64,000 bases of DNA from a bacterium (GTDB taxonomy: Bacteria; Verrucomicrobiota; Kiritimatiellia; CAIKKV01; CAITUY01): contig JBAWZF010000009.1 in NCBI GenBank assembly GCA_037143175.1, positions 1,959 to 65,958 on the forward strand. The letters run 5' to 3'. The notes below the pieces were generated by a model. That model made no database searches, was not told the origin of the DNA, and saw nothing but the letters and a program-made list of their open reading frames with translations. Position numbers and translations under genes: made by a program. Below are positions 9,793 through 18,415 of this stretch, in pieces (the first letter of the stretch is position 1; each line of letters begins with the position of its first letter).

Positions 9793-10974
9793 TCAGCGCA
9801 AGGCGGCAAGCAGTCTGCACTCCACAGAAGGCCAGGCATAAAAGTTCCGGACATACAGTTGGCCTGCTTTGCCCATGGCATCCCGTAGTGCAGGCTTGGC
9901 CAGGAACAGGGAGAGTGATTCCTCAAATTCCGGATAGTTTCGGAACCAGAAGCCTCCATTTGATTTCCGGCAATGATCCGGCATGACCTCCCCGGCTCCA
10001 TGTACCAAAACAGGGGTACCCGCCAACCAGGATTCTAGAATTACGATGCTGAAACTCTCGTTAACTGAAGGGTGGCAAAAGGCTACGGCCCCCGCCATGG
10101 CATCATGTTTTTCCTGTTCTGAGACGAACCCGAGATCCAGAATATGTGGGACCAGTCTTGTCGGGGGATCGTAGGGGCCGCTGCCCGTCAGAACCAATTT
10201 CAGATCGATGCCGGTTCGCTCACGAAAAACATCCAGATAATCTAAAAGGATGGGCGTTCCCTTCATCAGTTCCCTGCGGCCAGAATAGATAATGTAAGGG
10301 GTATTTAGATGATGGCACTGGCGGAATGCAGCTGGGTTTGATTCAAAGACATCCAAGCCCATGCCGACTACGTGAGCCTTTGAAAGATCCAGACCATACA
10401 ATCGCTGAGCCAGGTTCCGTTCGGGTTCGGCATTGAATATCCAGCCTTTGACGTTCAGGAACATTTCGCGGGTGGTTTTCAAATAGGCAAATGCCTCATC
10501 ATGTAAGCAGGGAAGCAGCAGCGTTTTTTCTGGATGAATCTGGCTGGAAAAATAGACCAGTGCGAAAAGATAAGGCCCCATGACAATGCGGTCGTACTGG
10601 TGGCCTTCTGTTTGCAGGTAGTCGTAAAGCGCCTGGCTGTTAACATTGTTTCTCTGCCAGTTCAATTCCTCATCACGTGTCAATTCAGCGTGGCGGCTGA
10701 TGCGATTCTGCAGCTTGATGAACGTATCCAGATCACGCCCGGAATCCACAGGGAAATAATGAACTGTGATGCCGGCAACTGAAATTCGTCCCGGGGGGAT
10801 TTCGTTTTCCCAGGTAAAATGGTTGCGGGCGCAGGTGGTCAGATAATCCACTTGCCAGCCTTGTGCCACCAGTCGTTCAGCAAGTTTGCGGAGAAGCGTT
10901 TCGGCACCTCCGATAGTTGGTCCCTCGGAGAATCGGGGTGATACAAAGGCTATGCGGGGTGGGGTAGCCATCAA
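9793..10974 (-). CDS. Glycosyltransferase, GT-B fold (family 4-like)
   Basis: 393-aa ORF. N-terminal IGGAETLLRKLAERL; C-terminal sugar-nucleotide binding region CHPSVNESFSIVILESWLAGTPVL. Confidence 0.8.
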   Translation of the reverse strand: MMATPPRIAFVSPRFSEGPTIGGAETLLRKLAERLVAQGWQVDYLTTCARNHFTWENEIPPGRISVAGITVHYFPVDSGRDLDTFIKLQNRISRHAELTRDEELNWQRNNVNSQALYDYLQTEGHQYDRIVMGPYLFALVYFSSQIHPEKTLLLPCLHDEAFAYLKTTREMFLNVKGWIFNAEPERNLAQRLYGLDLSKAHVVGMGLDVFESNPAAFRQCHHLNTPYIIYSGRRELMKGTPILLDYLDVFRERTGIDLKLVLTGSGPYDPPTRLVPHILDLGFVSEQEKHDAMAGAVAFCHPSVNESFSIVILESWLAGTPVLVHGAGEVMPDHCRKSNGGFWFRNYPEFEESLSLFLAKPALRDAMGKAGQLYVRNFYAWPSVECRLLAALR

Positions 10975-11423
10975 CCGGTGGGGAGTTTAGACTCCAGTTT
11001 GAGAATGCGGTCTTCAAGAGCTTTAATCTTGTCGCGGTATTTTCGATCCACTTCCTCGGTGGCGGATAGCAAGAGCCCGTTAACCTGATTTTGCTGAGAC
11101 CAAAGCCGATAGGTGTAGAACTTTAAAAGGTTCCAAATGGTTCTCTTGAGCTTGACCAGAAGAGGCGCCAAAATAGCCCGTCGTTCGCGGATTTCAAAGT
11201 CATTGATATCAATAAAAACGGCTTCGCGCAGGCTTTCCATGTAAAAATCGAAGAAGTTCTCATCCTTCTTCATATTCATCAGGTTGAACCGCTCTGCCCG
11301 GGCCAATTGGGCACCAGCATAAGCGCCGGACTGCATTTTGGCCGCAACGGTTTCGTGGATGTCAGCCATGATTTGCTGCACATCCACTCCCTCGGTGCCA
11401 ATTTCAAACAGTCCGGTACTCAT
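10971..11423 (-). CDS. Hypothetical protein with C-terminal coiled coil
   Basis: 150-aa ORF. ATGA-overlaps the downstream GT4 (10971-10974), and its start lies 16 nt downstream of the stop of the upstream carboxyltransferase gene. No recognisable motif. Confidence 0.55.
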   Translation of the reverse strand: MSTGLFEIGTEGVDVQQIMADIHETVAAKMQSGAYAGAQLARAERFNLMNMKKDENFFDFYMESLREAVFIDINDFEIRERRAILAPLLVKLKRTIWNLLKFYTYRLWSQQNQVNGLLLSATEEVDRKYRDKIKALEDRILKLESKLPTG

Positions 11424-11439
11424 GGAGTTATGAGTGCAA

Positions 11440-13431
11440 TTACAGCTTTTGAACGCTGATCATCGGCTCATCTTTTTTCACGGGTGTGCCATGTGTAACT
11501 AACATGGAGATGACCTTGCATTTATAGGGCGCCTTGATCGGGTTGAAGAGTTTCATGGCTTCGACGATACAAACGGTGGCACCCTCTTCGACCACGTCAC
11601 CTTCTTGCGCAAATTCTGGTTTGCCGGGACCCGGTGAGCGATAAAACGTACCGTTCAGGGGCGCATTGATACTCGGACCTGCTGCAGGGGCGGGTTTGGC
11701 CGCAACTGGCGCAGGAGCCGTAGAGGTGGCGGGCGCGGTGCTCGCTGCCTTCGAGGCGGGAGCCGCGACGGGCGCGGCCGAAGTCGTCGTCGCGGGAGCG
11801 ATCAGAGCCCCTGATGTAACCCCTGCGGCATTGATACTGATGACACTGCCACCATGTTGGATCGTGATCTGCGAGAAGTTAAGTGCGCCGACTTTGTCGA
11901 CTAACAGATTAATCTGCTCGTAGTCCGACGTAGCCAGGAATGGTATTGCCGCGGCCGCAACTGGAGCCGGGGCGGGTTTTTCCGCAGCCACCTGCTTGGC
12001 TAGCTCAACGTCGGCCGGTATGGCCGGACGCTGTTCAGGCGGTAGGGCGCGCCATTTGAAATAATCGAGTGCTACTTCAGGGAAGAGGCAATATGAAATA
12101 ATGTCCTCTTCCTTTTTGATCAACTTGGGATCAACGCCTTCGGTGGCATCGGGAAGCATAGGCTTCAGTAGATCTGCCGGGCGCACCGTGATGGGCTTTT
12201 CATTACCCAGGATTTTTTTCATCACCGCTTTATCCATGGGAGCGGGGGACCGGCCATAGAGGCCCAGTGCGTAATCCTTCACTTCTTGCGCCACAAGCGA
12301 ATAGCGTTCGCCTGACAGAATGTTCATGACAGCCTGAATACCGATAATCTGGCTTGTCGGGGTGACGAGCGGCGGATAACCGAGGTCGGCCCGGACACGT
12401 GGAAGCTCTTCAAACACTTGATCCAGTTTATCCAGAGCACCTTGCTGAGCCAACTGACCACGTAGGTTTGAAATCATTCCCCCGGGAATGTGATGCAAAA
12501 GCACCTCTGGATCAATGATGTTGTCCGATTCATGTGCCTTGAGTTGGCGCAATGGTGCGAGTTCAACAAAGAATTTGCAGACTTGCCGCAACGCGTCCTG
12601 ATCAAGGTTAGCGTGGTAATGTGTTTCGGAGAAAATGGCCAGCATCGTCTCAACTGGGGGCTGGGACGAAAATCCCGCCATCGGCGAAATTGCACAGTCG
12701 ATGGCACCCGCACCAGCTCGAACCGCTTCGACATAGGTGGAAGAAGCCATTCCGCTGGTCGCATGGGAATGAACCTGGATGGGGATCTTGGTCTCGCGAA
12801 CCAAGGCTGATACCAGACGTTCTGCGGCCAGGGGTGTTAAGATGCCCGCCATATCCTTGATGCAAAGTGAATCAATTCCCATCGCAATTTGCTCTTTTGC
12901 CGCCTGGACATAAAGGTCGACGGTATGGACAGGGCTCACGGTGTAGCTGATGGTGCCTTGGGCATGGCCACCATATTTTTTGACGCATTTGATGGCTTGT
13001 TCCAAGTTACGCGAATCATTCAGGGCATCGAAAATACGGAAAATATCCACCCCGTTAGCGACTGCTAATGCCACAAAGCGATCGACGACGTCGTCGGCAT
13101 AGTTTTTGTACCCTAAAATGTTCTGGCCACGCAGAAGCATTTGGAGCGGTGTTTTCTTTGCGTGTGCCTTGATCTGGCGTAGGCGCTCCCAAGGATCTTC
13201 CCGAAGGAACCTCAAACAAACATCAAATGTGGCGCCCCCCCAAACTTCAAGTGAGTAGTAGCCGACATTATCGACGACATCAATAATCTTCATGATGTCG
13301 CTAGTACGCATCCGGGTGGCCCAGAGTGATTGGTGGGCATCACGGAGCGTAGTGTCTGTAATACGCAGGGGAATATGATTTGCGCTGTCGCGAACGATGT
13401 CCTGAGCTGTAAGCGTTTTTTTCTTAGCCAT
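11440..13431 (-). CDS. Pyruvate/oxaloacetate carboxyltransferase (5S/OadA/PycB-type) fused to a full-length AccB-like biotin carboxyl carrier
   Basis: 663-aa ORF. N-terminal TIM-barrel CT motifs LRDAHQS, HSHATSGMA and DCAISPMAGFSSQP. Ala/Pro-rich linkers. C-terminal part resembles complete BCCP (INLLVDKVGALNFSQITIQHGGSVISI...APLNGTFYRSPGPGKPEFAQEGD...CIVEAMKLFNPI). Confidence 0.9.
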   Translation of the reverse strand: MAKKKTLTAQDIVRDSANHIPLRITDTTLRDAHQSLWATRMRTSDIMKIIDVVDNVGYYSLEVWGGATFDVCLRFLREDPWERLRQIKAHAKKTPLQMLLRGQNILGYKNYADDVVDRFVALAVANGVDIFRIFDALNDSRNLEQAIKCVKKYGGHAQGTISYTVSPVHTVDLYVQAAKEQIAMGIDSLCIKDMAGILTPLAAERLVSALVRETKIPIQVHSHATSGMASSTYVEAVRAGAGAIDCAISPMAGFSSQPPVETMLAIFSETHYHANLDQDALRQVCKFFVELAPLRQLKAHESDNIIDPEVLLHHIPGGMISNLRGQLAQQGALDKLDQVFEELPRVRADLGYPPLVTPTSQIIGIQAVMNILSGERYSLVAQEVKDYALGLYGRSPAPMDKAVMKKILGNEKPITVRPADLLKPMLPDATEGVDPKLIKKEEDIISYCLFPEVALDYFKWRALPPEQRPAIPADVELAKQVAAEKPAPAPVAAAAIPFLATSDYEQINLLVDKVGALNFSQITIQHGGSVISINAAGVTSGALIAPATTTSAAPVAAPASKAASTAPATSTAPAPVAAKPAPAAGPSINAPLNGTFYRSPGPGKPEFAQEGDVVEEGATVCIVEAMKLFNPIKAPYKCKVISMLVTHGTPVKKDEPMISVQKL
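11680..11990 (-). other. Ala/Pro/Thr-rich low-complexity linker-coding region inside the carboxyltransferase-BCCP gene
   Basis: Translation is AEKPAPAPVAAAA...APATTTSAAPVAAPASKAASTAPATSTAPAPVAAKPAPAAG. It also produces a spurious Ala-rich antisense ORF (11666-11923). Confidence 0.8.
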
Positions 13432-13448
13432 AATCTATCCTTTCTAAA

Positions 13449-14393
13449 TTATTTAAAGCGGCCCATGGCGGCGAATTTTTCAAATCGACGTATGGTCAGT
13501 TTTTTTGGAGCTATCTTTTCGAGACTGTTTAAATGCTTAATGAGTGTTTTTCGTGTGGCTTTCATCGTTCCTTCATAGTTACGATGAGCGCCGCCAACGG
13601 GTTCAGGGATGATTTCGTCAATGATCTTCAGTTGAAGCAATGACTTTGCGGTAATTTTGAGCGCATTTGCCGCTTCGTTTGCCTTGGAACCATCACGCCA
13701 GAGAATGGAGGCACAGCCTTCTGGTGAAATGACCGAGTATACGGCGTTGGAAAGCATGAGTACAACATCGCCCACTCCAATACCTATAGCTCCTCCGCTA
13801 CCCCCTTCTCCGGTCACCAAAGCGATTACAGGCGTTTTCAGAGCTGACATCTCAAGCAGATTACGGGCGATGGCCTCCGCTTGACCGCGCTCTTCGGCGT
13901 CGCGGCCGGGAAAAGCTCCCGGCGTATCAATAAACGTAACTACCGGGATGTGGAACTTCTCCGCCAACTTCATCAACCGAAGGGCTTTGCGATAACCTTC
14001 TGGACAAGCCTGACCGAAGTTACACTTGATTTTTTCGTCGAGGTCGCGCCCTTTTTGATGACCAATCACCATGACGCGATGGTTCTCAATCATTGCAAAA
14101 CCGCCAATCATCCCGTGGTCATCACCAAAGAGTCGATCACCGTGAAGTTCAATAAATTCTGAGCAAAGTCCTGCGATAAAATCGCGGATCAGGGGGCGAT
14201 CAGGATGCCGCGCGACCTGCACGGTTTGCCAAGGTGTAAGATTGGCATAGGTTTCCTTCAGTTTTTCCGACCGCTCAAGTTCCAGTCGGTTGAGATCCTT
14301 GACAAGTGAACCTGTAGGTTCAGGGTTTTTGGCCTTAAATTCTTCAATTTTAGCCTCGATATCAGCGACGTCTTTTTCAAAATCCAGACTCAT
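13449..14393 (-). CDS. accA: Acetyl-CoA carboxylase carboxyltransferase subunit alpha
   Basis: Motifs HGDRLFGDD, TFIDTPGAFPG and TGEGGSGGAIGIG. Start set at MSLDFEK (GGAG 5 nt upstream) rather than the ORF-track start at 14444. Confidence 0.9.
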   Translation of the reverse strand: MSLDFEKDVADIEAKIEEFKAKNPEPTGSLVKDLNRLELERSEKLKETYANLTPWQTVQVARHPDRPLIRDFIAGLCSEFIELHGDRLFGDDHGMIGGFAMIENHRVMVIGHQKGRDLDEKIKCNFGQACPEGYRKALRLMKLAEKFHIPVVTFIDTPGAFPGRDAEERGQAEAIARNLLEMSALKTPVIALVTGEGGSGGAIGIGVGDVVLMLSNAVYSVISPEGCASILWRDGSKANEAANALKITAKSLLQLKIIDEIIPEPVGGAHRNYEGTMKATRKTLIKHLNSLEKIAPKKLTIRRFEKFAAMGRFK

Positions 14394-14447
14394 CGTTACT
14401 CCGTTTGTTAGGGGTTTCGAATTTACGTTCGATCTGCATGGCATTGC

Positions 14448-15290
14448 TCAGCGGCAGCCGGCGTATTTCAGAATCTTGTAGAGCATCTCTTTCATATCCT
14501 TGCGATGCACAATCATGTCCACGAAGCCGTGCTCTACGAGGTATTCTGCGGTTTGGAAGTCATCTGGAAGCTTCTGCTTGATCGTTTCCTCAATCACGCG
14601 ACGTCCCGCAAATCCGATGAGGGCGCGAGGTTCAGCAATATGAATATCGCCAACCATTGCGTAACTTGCTGATACACCGCCTGTTGTGGGGTCAGTCATG
14701 ATGGAGATATAAGGGAGATTGGCATCCCGAAGCTGTGCCAGTGCGGCACAGGTTTTGGGCATCTGCATCAAGGATACAATCCCTTCGTGCATACGTGCGC
14801 CACCGGAAGCTGACACAATAATATATGGAAGCTTATGCTTCACGGCATACATAGCAGCCAGAAGGATCTTTTCACCCGTCCCGCTGGCTAAACTTCCGCC
14901 CATGAAGCGAAAATCCATGATGGCCAAGGAGACCTTGACACCTTTGATCTTACCCGCACCGGTGACAACGGACTCTTTCATTCCCGTTTTTTCGCAATTC
15001 TCAGCCGCTTTTTCAGCGTATGGCCCCTTCGAGTCAGAGAACTTCAGGGGATCATTCCAACTGATTTTTTCGTTTGATTCGGTAAATGAGCCCTCATCTA
15101 ACAGCAAATTCACACGTTCCTGCCAGGTCAAGCGTTCATGAAAATGGCAACGGTCACAAACTTTAAGATTTCTTTCCCACTCTTCCTTATAAATGTGGGC
15201 TTTACAAGATGGACATTGAATCCAGATTTCCTCTTTTGTGGGGGAATCCGGTTTGGCGGCTGTCTTTTTCGTTTTGGTAAACCAACCCAT
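14448..15290 (-). CDS. accD: Acetyl-CoA carboxylase carboxyltransferase subunit beta
   Basis: N-terminal Zn ribbon CPSCKAHIYKEEWERNLKVCDRCHFH; MGGSLASGTGEK and SGGARMHEG motifs. Confidence 0.9.
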   Translation of the reverse strand: MGWFTKTKKTAAKPDSPTKEEIWIQCPSCKAHIYKEEWERNLKVCDRCHFHERLTWQERVNLLLDEGSFTESNEKISWNDPLKFSDSKGPYAEKAAENCEKTGMKESVVTGAGKIKGVKVSLAIMDFRFMGGSLASGTGEKILLAAMYAVKHKLPYIIVSASGGARMHEGIVSLMQMPKTCAALAQLRDANLPYISIMTDPTTGGVSASYAMVGDIHIAEPRALIGFAGRRVIEETIKQKLPDDFQTAEYLVEHGFVDMIVHRKDMKEMLYKILKYAGCR

Positions 15291-15455
15291 AGGCCGTCAA
15301 GCCTCCTTTTAAGGTGTTTCAGTTCTTTGTAACGGGGTAAACAGATACCATGATAGGGATCACGTTTCAAGGAAAAAGGAGCCCTCGCCAGATATGATTC
15401 CAGGGTCTATCCATATGAAGTTAAAATAAAAGACCTTGATGGAGTGTATGGAGTG

Positions 15456-15701
15456 TCACTTCAGGACGGCATGAAAATCGGACATCCACACCGGAGCAAC
15501 CGATGCCTGCTGAAGTGTAGCCCTGCATTCCTCGATAATGCCATGGTCCCCGCACAAACCGCAGCGGGACTCGGGCGTTGATAATCCCATCACTTGGGCC
15601 ACCCAGTGGGACTGCATGTGGAGACGATGTGCAAGGTGCGCGCGACCTACGCGCTGCTCCATGATCCTGTTTCGGGATTCAGTATCCTTATCTGCATCCA
15701 T
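15456..15701 (-). CDS. Hypothetical small protein (weak call)
   Basis: 81-aa ORF, 78 nt downstream of the 131-aa ORF on the same strand. Contains CGLCGDHGIIEEC. No clear RBS or family. Confidence 0.25.
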   Translation of the reverse strand: MDADKDTESRNRIMEQRVGRAHLAHRLHMQSHWVAQVMGLSTPESRCGLCGDHGIIEECRATLQQASVAPVWMSDFHAVLK

Positions 15702-15778
15702 TTCCTGCCAGCGTTAACATGCCTCAGAAGAGTCTACAAGATGAAAAGATCGTCCTGCGGTGTGGCGATGATGAAAGC

Positions 15779-16174
15779 CTAGCCAGCGTGACAGAGCGGT
15801 GTGCCTTCCCTGCAAAAAGCCTCGGCGGCATTCAGGTCTACAAATACCCGGATTTTGGCATGAGCCACATCCCTGACATGCCGGGCAAGGAGTTCGGCTG
15901 AGAAAAGCGTACCTCGACTGGCGACAATGGCGATGTTGTTTTTGAGAAATGCGACACAAGCCTCCAAAGTGTGCGCGATTTGCATTACTTCTGAGCGATC
16001 CTTTGTCAGATAGACTGCATTTCTTAAATCAATAATTGCGGTTGAGTCGGAGCGACAACAGGGATCTGTAATGACGCGAGTAATAATATCAATACAATCA
16101 GCAGTATCGACCTCACCGCTACCTACAATCTGTATGTGTTCACCCGCCCGTGATATTTTATAAGTGTAAGCCAT
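15779..16174 (-). CDS. Hypothetical protein, possibly STAS/SpoIIAA-like fold
   Basis: 131-aa ORF starting next to an AT-rich divergent intergenic region. The alternating beta/alpha-looking pattern (IQIVGSGEV...AIIDLRNA...IAIVASRG...IRVFVDLNAAEAF) only loosely resembles STAS-type domains. Confidence 0.5.
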   Translation of the reverse strand: MAYTYKISRAGEHIQIVGSGEVDTADCIDIITRVITDPCCRSDSTAIIDLRNAVYLTKDRSEVMQIAHTLEACVAFLKNNIAIVASRGTLFSAELLARHVRDVAHAKIRVFVDLNAAEAFCREGTPLCHAG

Positions 16175-16361
16175 AATCTTTTTTTGTTTAAGTTCTTAAT
16201 TCTTACACTATAAATCTTTTGTATAGTCTTTACTATCGGGGTTACCCTGAAAGTTGAATCAGGGATTTCCTTAGATTACCATGTATTAATCAACCGCTTG
16301 CGGAATCGGTCTTGGATCGGTAAGGTGCGTTTTGTATTACATCTTGGAATTGAGGAATATA
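16175..16361. promoter_or_regulatory. AT-rich divergent intergenic region (putative promoters for the 131-aa ORF and the sugar-metabolism block)
   Basis: 187-nt non-coding gap between divergently oriented genes, noticeably AT-rich (e.g. TTTTTTTGTTTAAGTTCTTAATTCTTACACTATAAATC). No specific box assigned. Confidence 0.35.
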
Positions 16362-17240
16362 ATGCAGAATACGATCGTAAATTCATTATTATCCGTGACG
16401 GTTAAGCGGCATGGTGCTGAGTTGAGCGGATTAAAGGCGGCGGATGGCACAGAATATTTATGGCAGGCGGATCCTGCCGTCTGGGGGCGCCATGCTCCGC
16501 TCCTATTTCCGATTGTGGGAAAGCTTGTCCATGGCCGGTATCTTTATGAGGGTAAGCACTATGAGATGAATTCGCATGGGTTCGCCCGGGATATGGAATT
16601 CGAGTTGCTGCAGGCCACTGAAAATACCCTGACGTATCGGCTTCAGGCCACTCCTGCGACCCGGAAGCAATATCCCTTTGAGTTTGACCTGATCCGTCAT
16701 TATCGCCTCGCCGGTGGCGTTTTGGAGGTGACTACCGAGGTGGCTAACAAGGGGGCCACTGTCATGCCGTTTTCGATTGGTGAACATCCTGGATTCGGGC
16801 TGAATTGGGGGGCGGGCGATCGCGTGGAGGACTACGCATTACAGTTTGAAAAGTCGGAACGGTTGGACGCCCATCTCCTGGACGCGAATGGTTTGCTGTC
16901 TGCTCAGACCGAACGGATTCTGTCCAATAAGACGGTGCTGCCTTTACAGCGCGACCTGTTTGATCGGGATGCACTGATTTTCCTGAAAATCAAATCCCGA
17001 AAGATCAGTCTGTGTTCACGCCGGCATGCGCGCCGGGTGACGGTTGAATTTCCCGGTTATCCTTATCTGGGCATCTGGGCCAAGCCTGGTGCACCGTTTG
17101 TGTGCATTGAACCGTGGTATGGCCATGCCGATCCTGCCGGACATGATGGCGAAATGATGAATAAACCCGGGATTATCAAGGTGGATCCCTCGGCCTCTTT
17201 CTCCTGTACCTGGCGGGTAGGGGTAATGCCTAAAGACTGA
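16362..17240 (+). CDS. Aldose 1-epimerase (galactose mutarotase-like) family protein
   Basis: Motifs GRHAPLLFPIVGKL, HGFAR and IGEHPGF. Start set at MQNTIV (GAGG 7 nt upstream). Confidence 0.8.
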   Translation: MQNTIVNSLLSVTVKRHGAELSGLKAADGTEYLWQADPAVWGRHAPLLFPIVGKLVHGRYLYEGKHYEMNSHGFARDMEFELLQATENTLTYRLQATPATRKQYPFEFDLIRHYRLAGGVLEVTTEVANKGATVMPFSIGEHPGFGLNWGAGDRVEDYALQFEKSERLDAHLLDANGLLSAQTERILSNKTVLPLQRDLFDRDALIFLKIKSRKISLCSRRHARRVTVEFPGYPYLGIWAKPGAPFVCIEPWYGHADPAGHDGEMMNKPGIIKVDPSASFSCTWRVGVMPKD

Positions 17241-17271
17241 TACTTGAAAGGATGCGAAGGGAATTTTAATT

Positions 17272-18402
17272 ATGGAAAATCACAATACCACTCAGATCGA
17301 CTTTAAATCTATTGTGTCTCACTTCCGGGCGTGGGGGGATATGGTTGAGGTGCTACCCCATGGGAATGGCCACATCAATGATACGTTTAAAGTCACCTTC
17401 AGCATGGCGGGTGCCTCCGTGCATTATCTGCTGCAACGGATCAATCATATGATTTTTAAGGATCCTCCTGCGTTGATGGATAATATTCTCCGGGTGACGA
17501 ATCATCTGCGCATGAAGCTGACTCAGAGCGGGTGCCCTGATGTGACGCGTCATTCTCTCTGTGTTGTCATTACCCGCGATGGCAAAACCTGTTTCCGTGA
17601 TTCCGAAGGGAACTGGTGGCGGATGTATTTGTTCGTTGAGGGGGCGCTTACCTATGACAAGGTGGAGAGTGTCCATCAGGCCTATGAAGCGGCTCGTGCC
17701 TACGCACGGTTTCAACTCTATCTGGCCGATCTACCTACTCCCCGGTTGCATGAAACGATACCTGATTTTCATAATACCCCCTCGCGACTCAACGCCCTTC
17801 AGGACGTTATTCAGCGCGATCCCTGCAATCGAGCGGTGGAAGTGAAGGAGCAGATCACGTTCGTGGAAAACCGGGCGGCAAGTTGCGGGCGCTTATTGGA
17901 ACGGTTTGCGAGAGGTGAAATTCCCGAGCGAATAACTCATAATGACACCAAATTTAATAATGTCATGCTGGACGAAAAGACCTGGGAAGGAATTTGTGTG
18001 GTGGATCTGGATACGGTGATGCCGGGGCTTGCGTTGTACGATTTCGGTGATATGGTGCGGAGCGCGACAGCATCTGCAGCCGAGGATGAGAGGGATGTGA
18101 AGAAAATCTGGATGCGCATGGAAATTTTCGAGGCGTTGGCTAACGGCTATTTATCGGAGGCTTCTGCCTTTTTGAATCCTGCCGAGCGTGAGGAATTGGT
18201 GTTCTCTGCACGGTTGATCACGATGGAGATTGGCATGCGGTTCCTTACGGATTATTTGCAGGGCGATACCTATTTCAAGATCAAACGCCCCAGCCACAAT
18301 ATTGACAGGTGTCGGGGGCAGTTCAAAATGGTGGAGAGTATGGAGTCTCAGGCAGAAGCAATGGAACGTATTGTGCAGATTTCATTAAATGGAAAATTGT
18401 AA
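17272..18402 (+). CDS. APH-fold sugar kinase, N-acetylhexosamine 1-kinase (NahK)-like
   Basis: 376-aa ORF. Catalytic loop HNDTKFNNVMLD and metal-binding VVDLDTVMPG, typical of the phosphotransferase enzyme family. NahK-like assignment is from motif memory. Confidence 0.7.
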   Translation: MENHNTTQIDFKSIVSHFRAWGDMVEVLPHGNGHINDTFKVTFSMAGASVHYLLQRINHMIFKDPPALMDNILRVTNHLRMKLTQSGCPDVTRHSLCVVITRDGKTCFRDSEGNWWRMYLFVEGALTYDKVESVHQAYEAARAYARFQLYLADLPTPRLHETIPDFHNTPSRLNALQDVIQRDPCNRAVEVKEQITFVENRAASCGRLLERFARGEIPERITHNDTKFNNVMLDEKTWEGICVVDLDTVMPGLALYDFGDMVRSATASAAEDERDVKKIWMRMEIFEALANGYLSEASAFLNPAEREELVFSARLITMEIGMRFLTDYLQGDTYFKIKRPSHNIDRCRGQFKMVESMESQAEAMERIVQISLNGKL

Positions 18403-18415
18403 GGATCATCATTTT

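Noticed and set aside
11666-11923. 85-aa Ala/Gly-rich plus-strand ORF
   Set aside because: It is the antisense translation of the Ala/Pro linker region of the carboxyltransferase-BCCP gene.
15439-15456. Direct 9-nt duplication ATGGAGTGT ATGGAGTGT
   Set aside because: It has only two copies next to the weakly supported 81-aa ORF, and no evidence of function.
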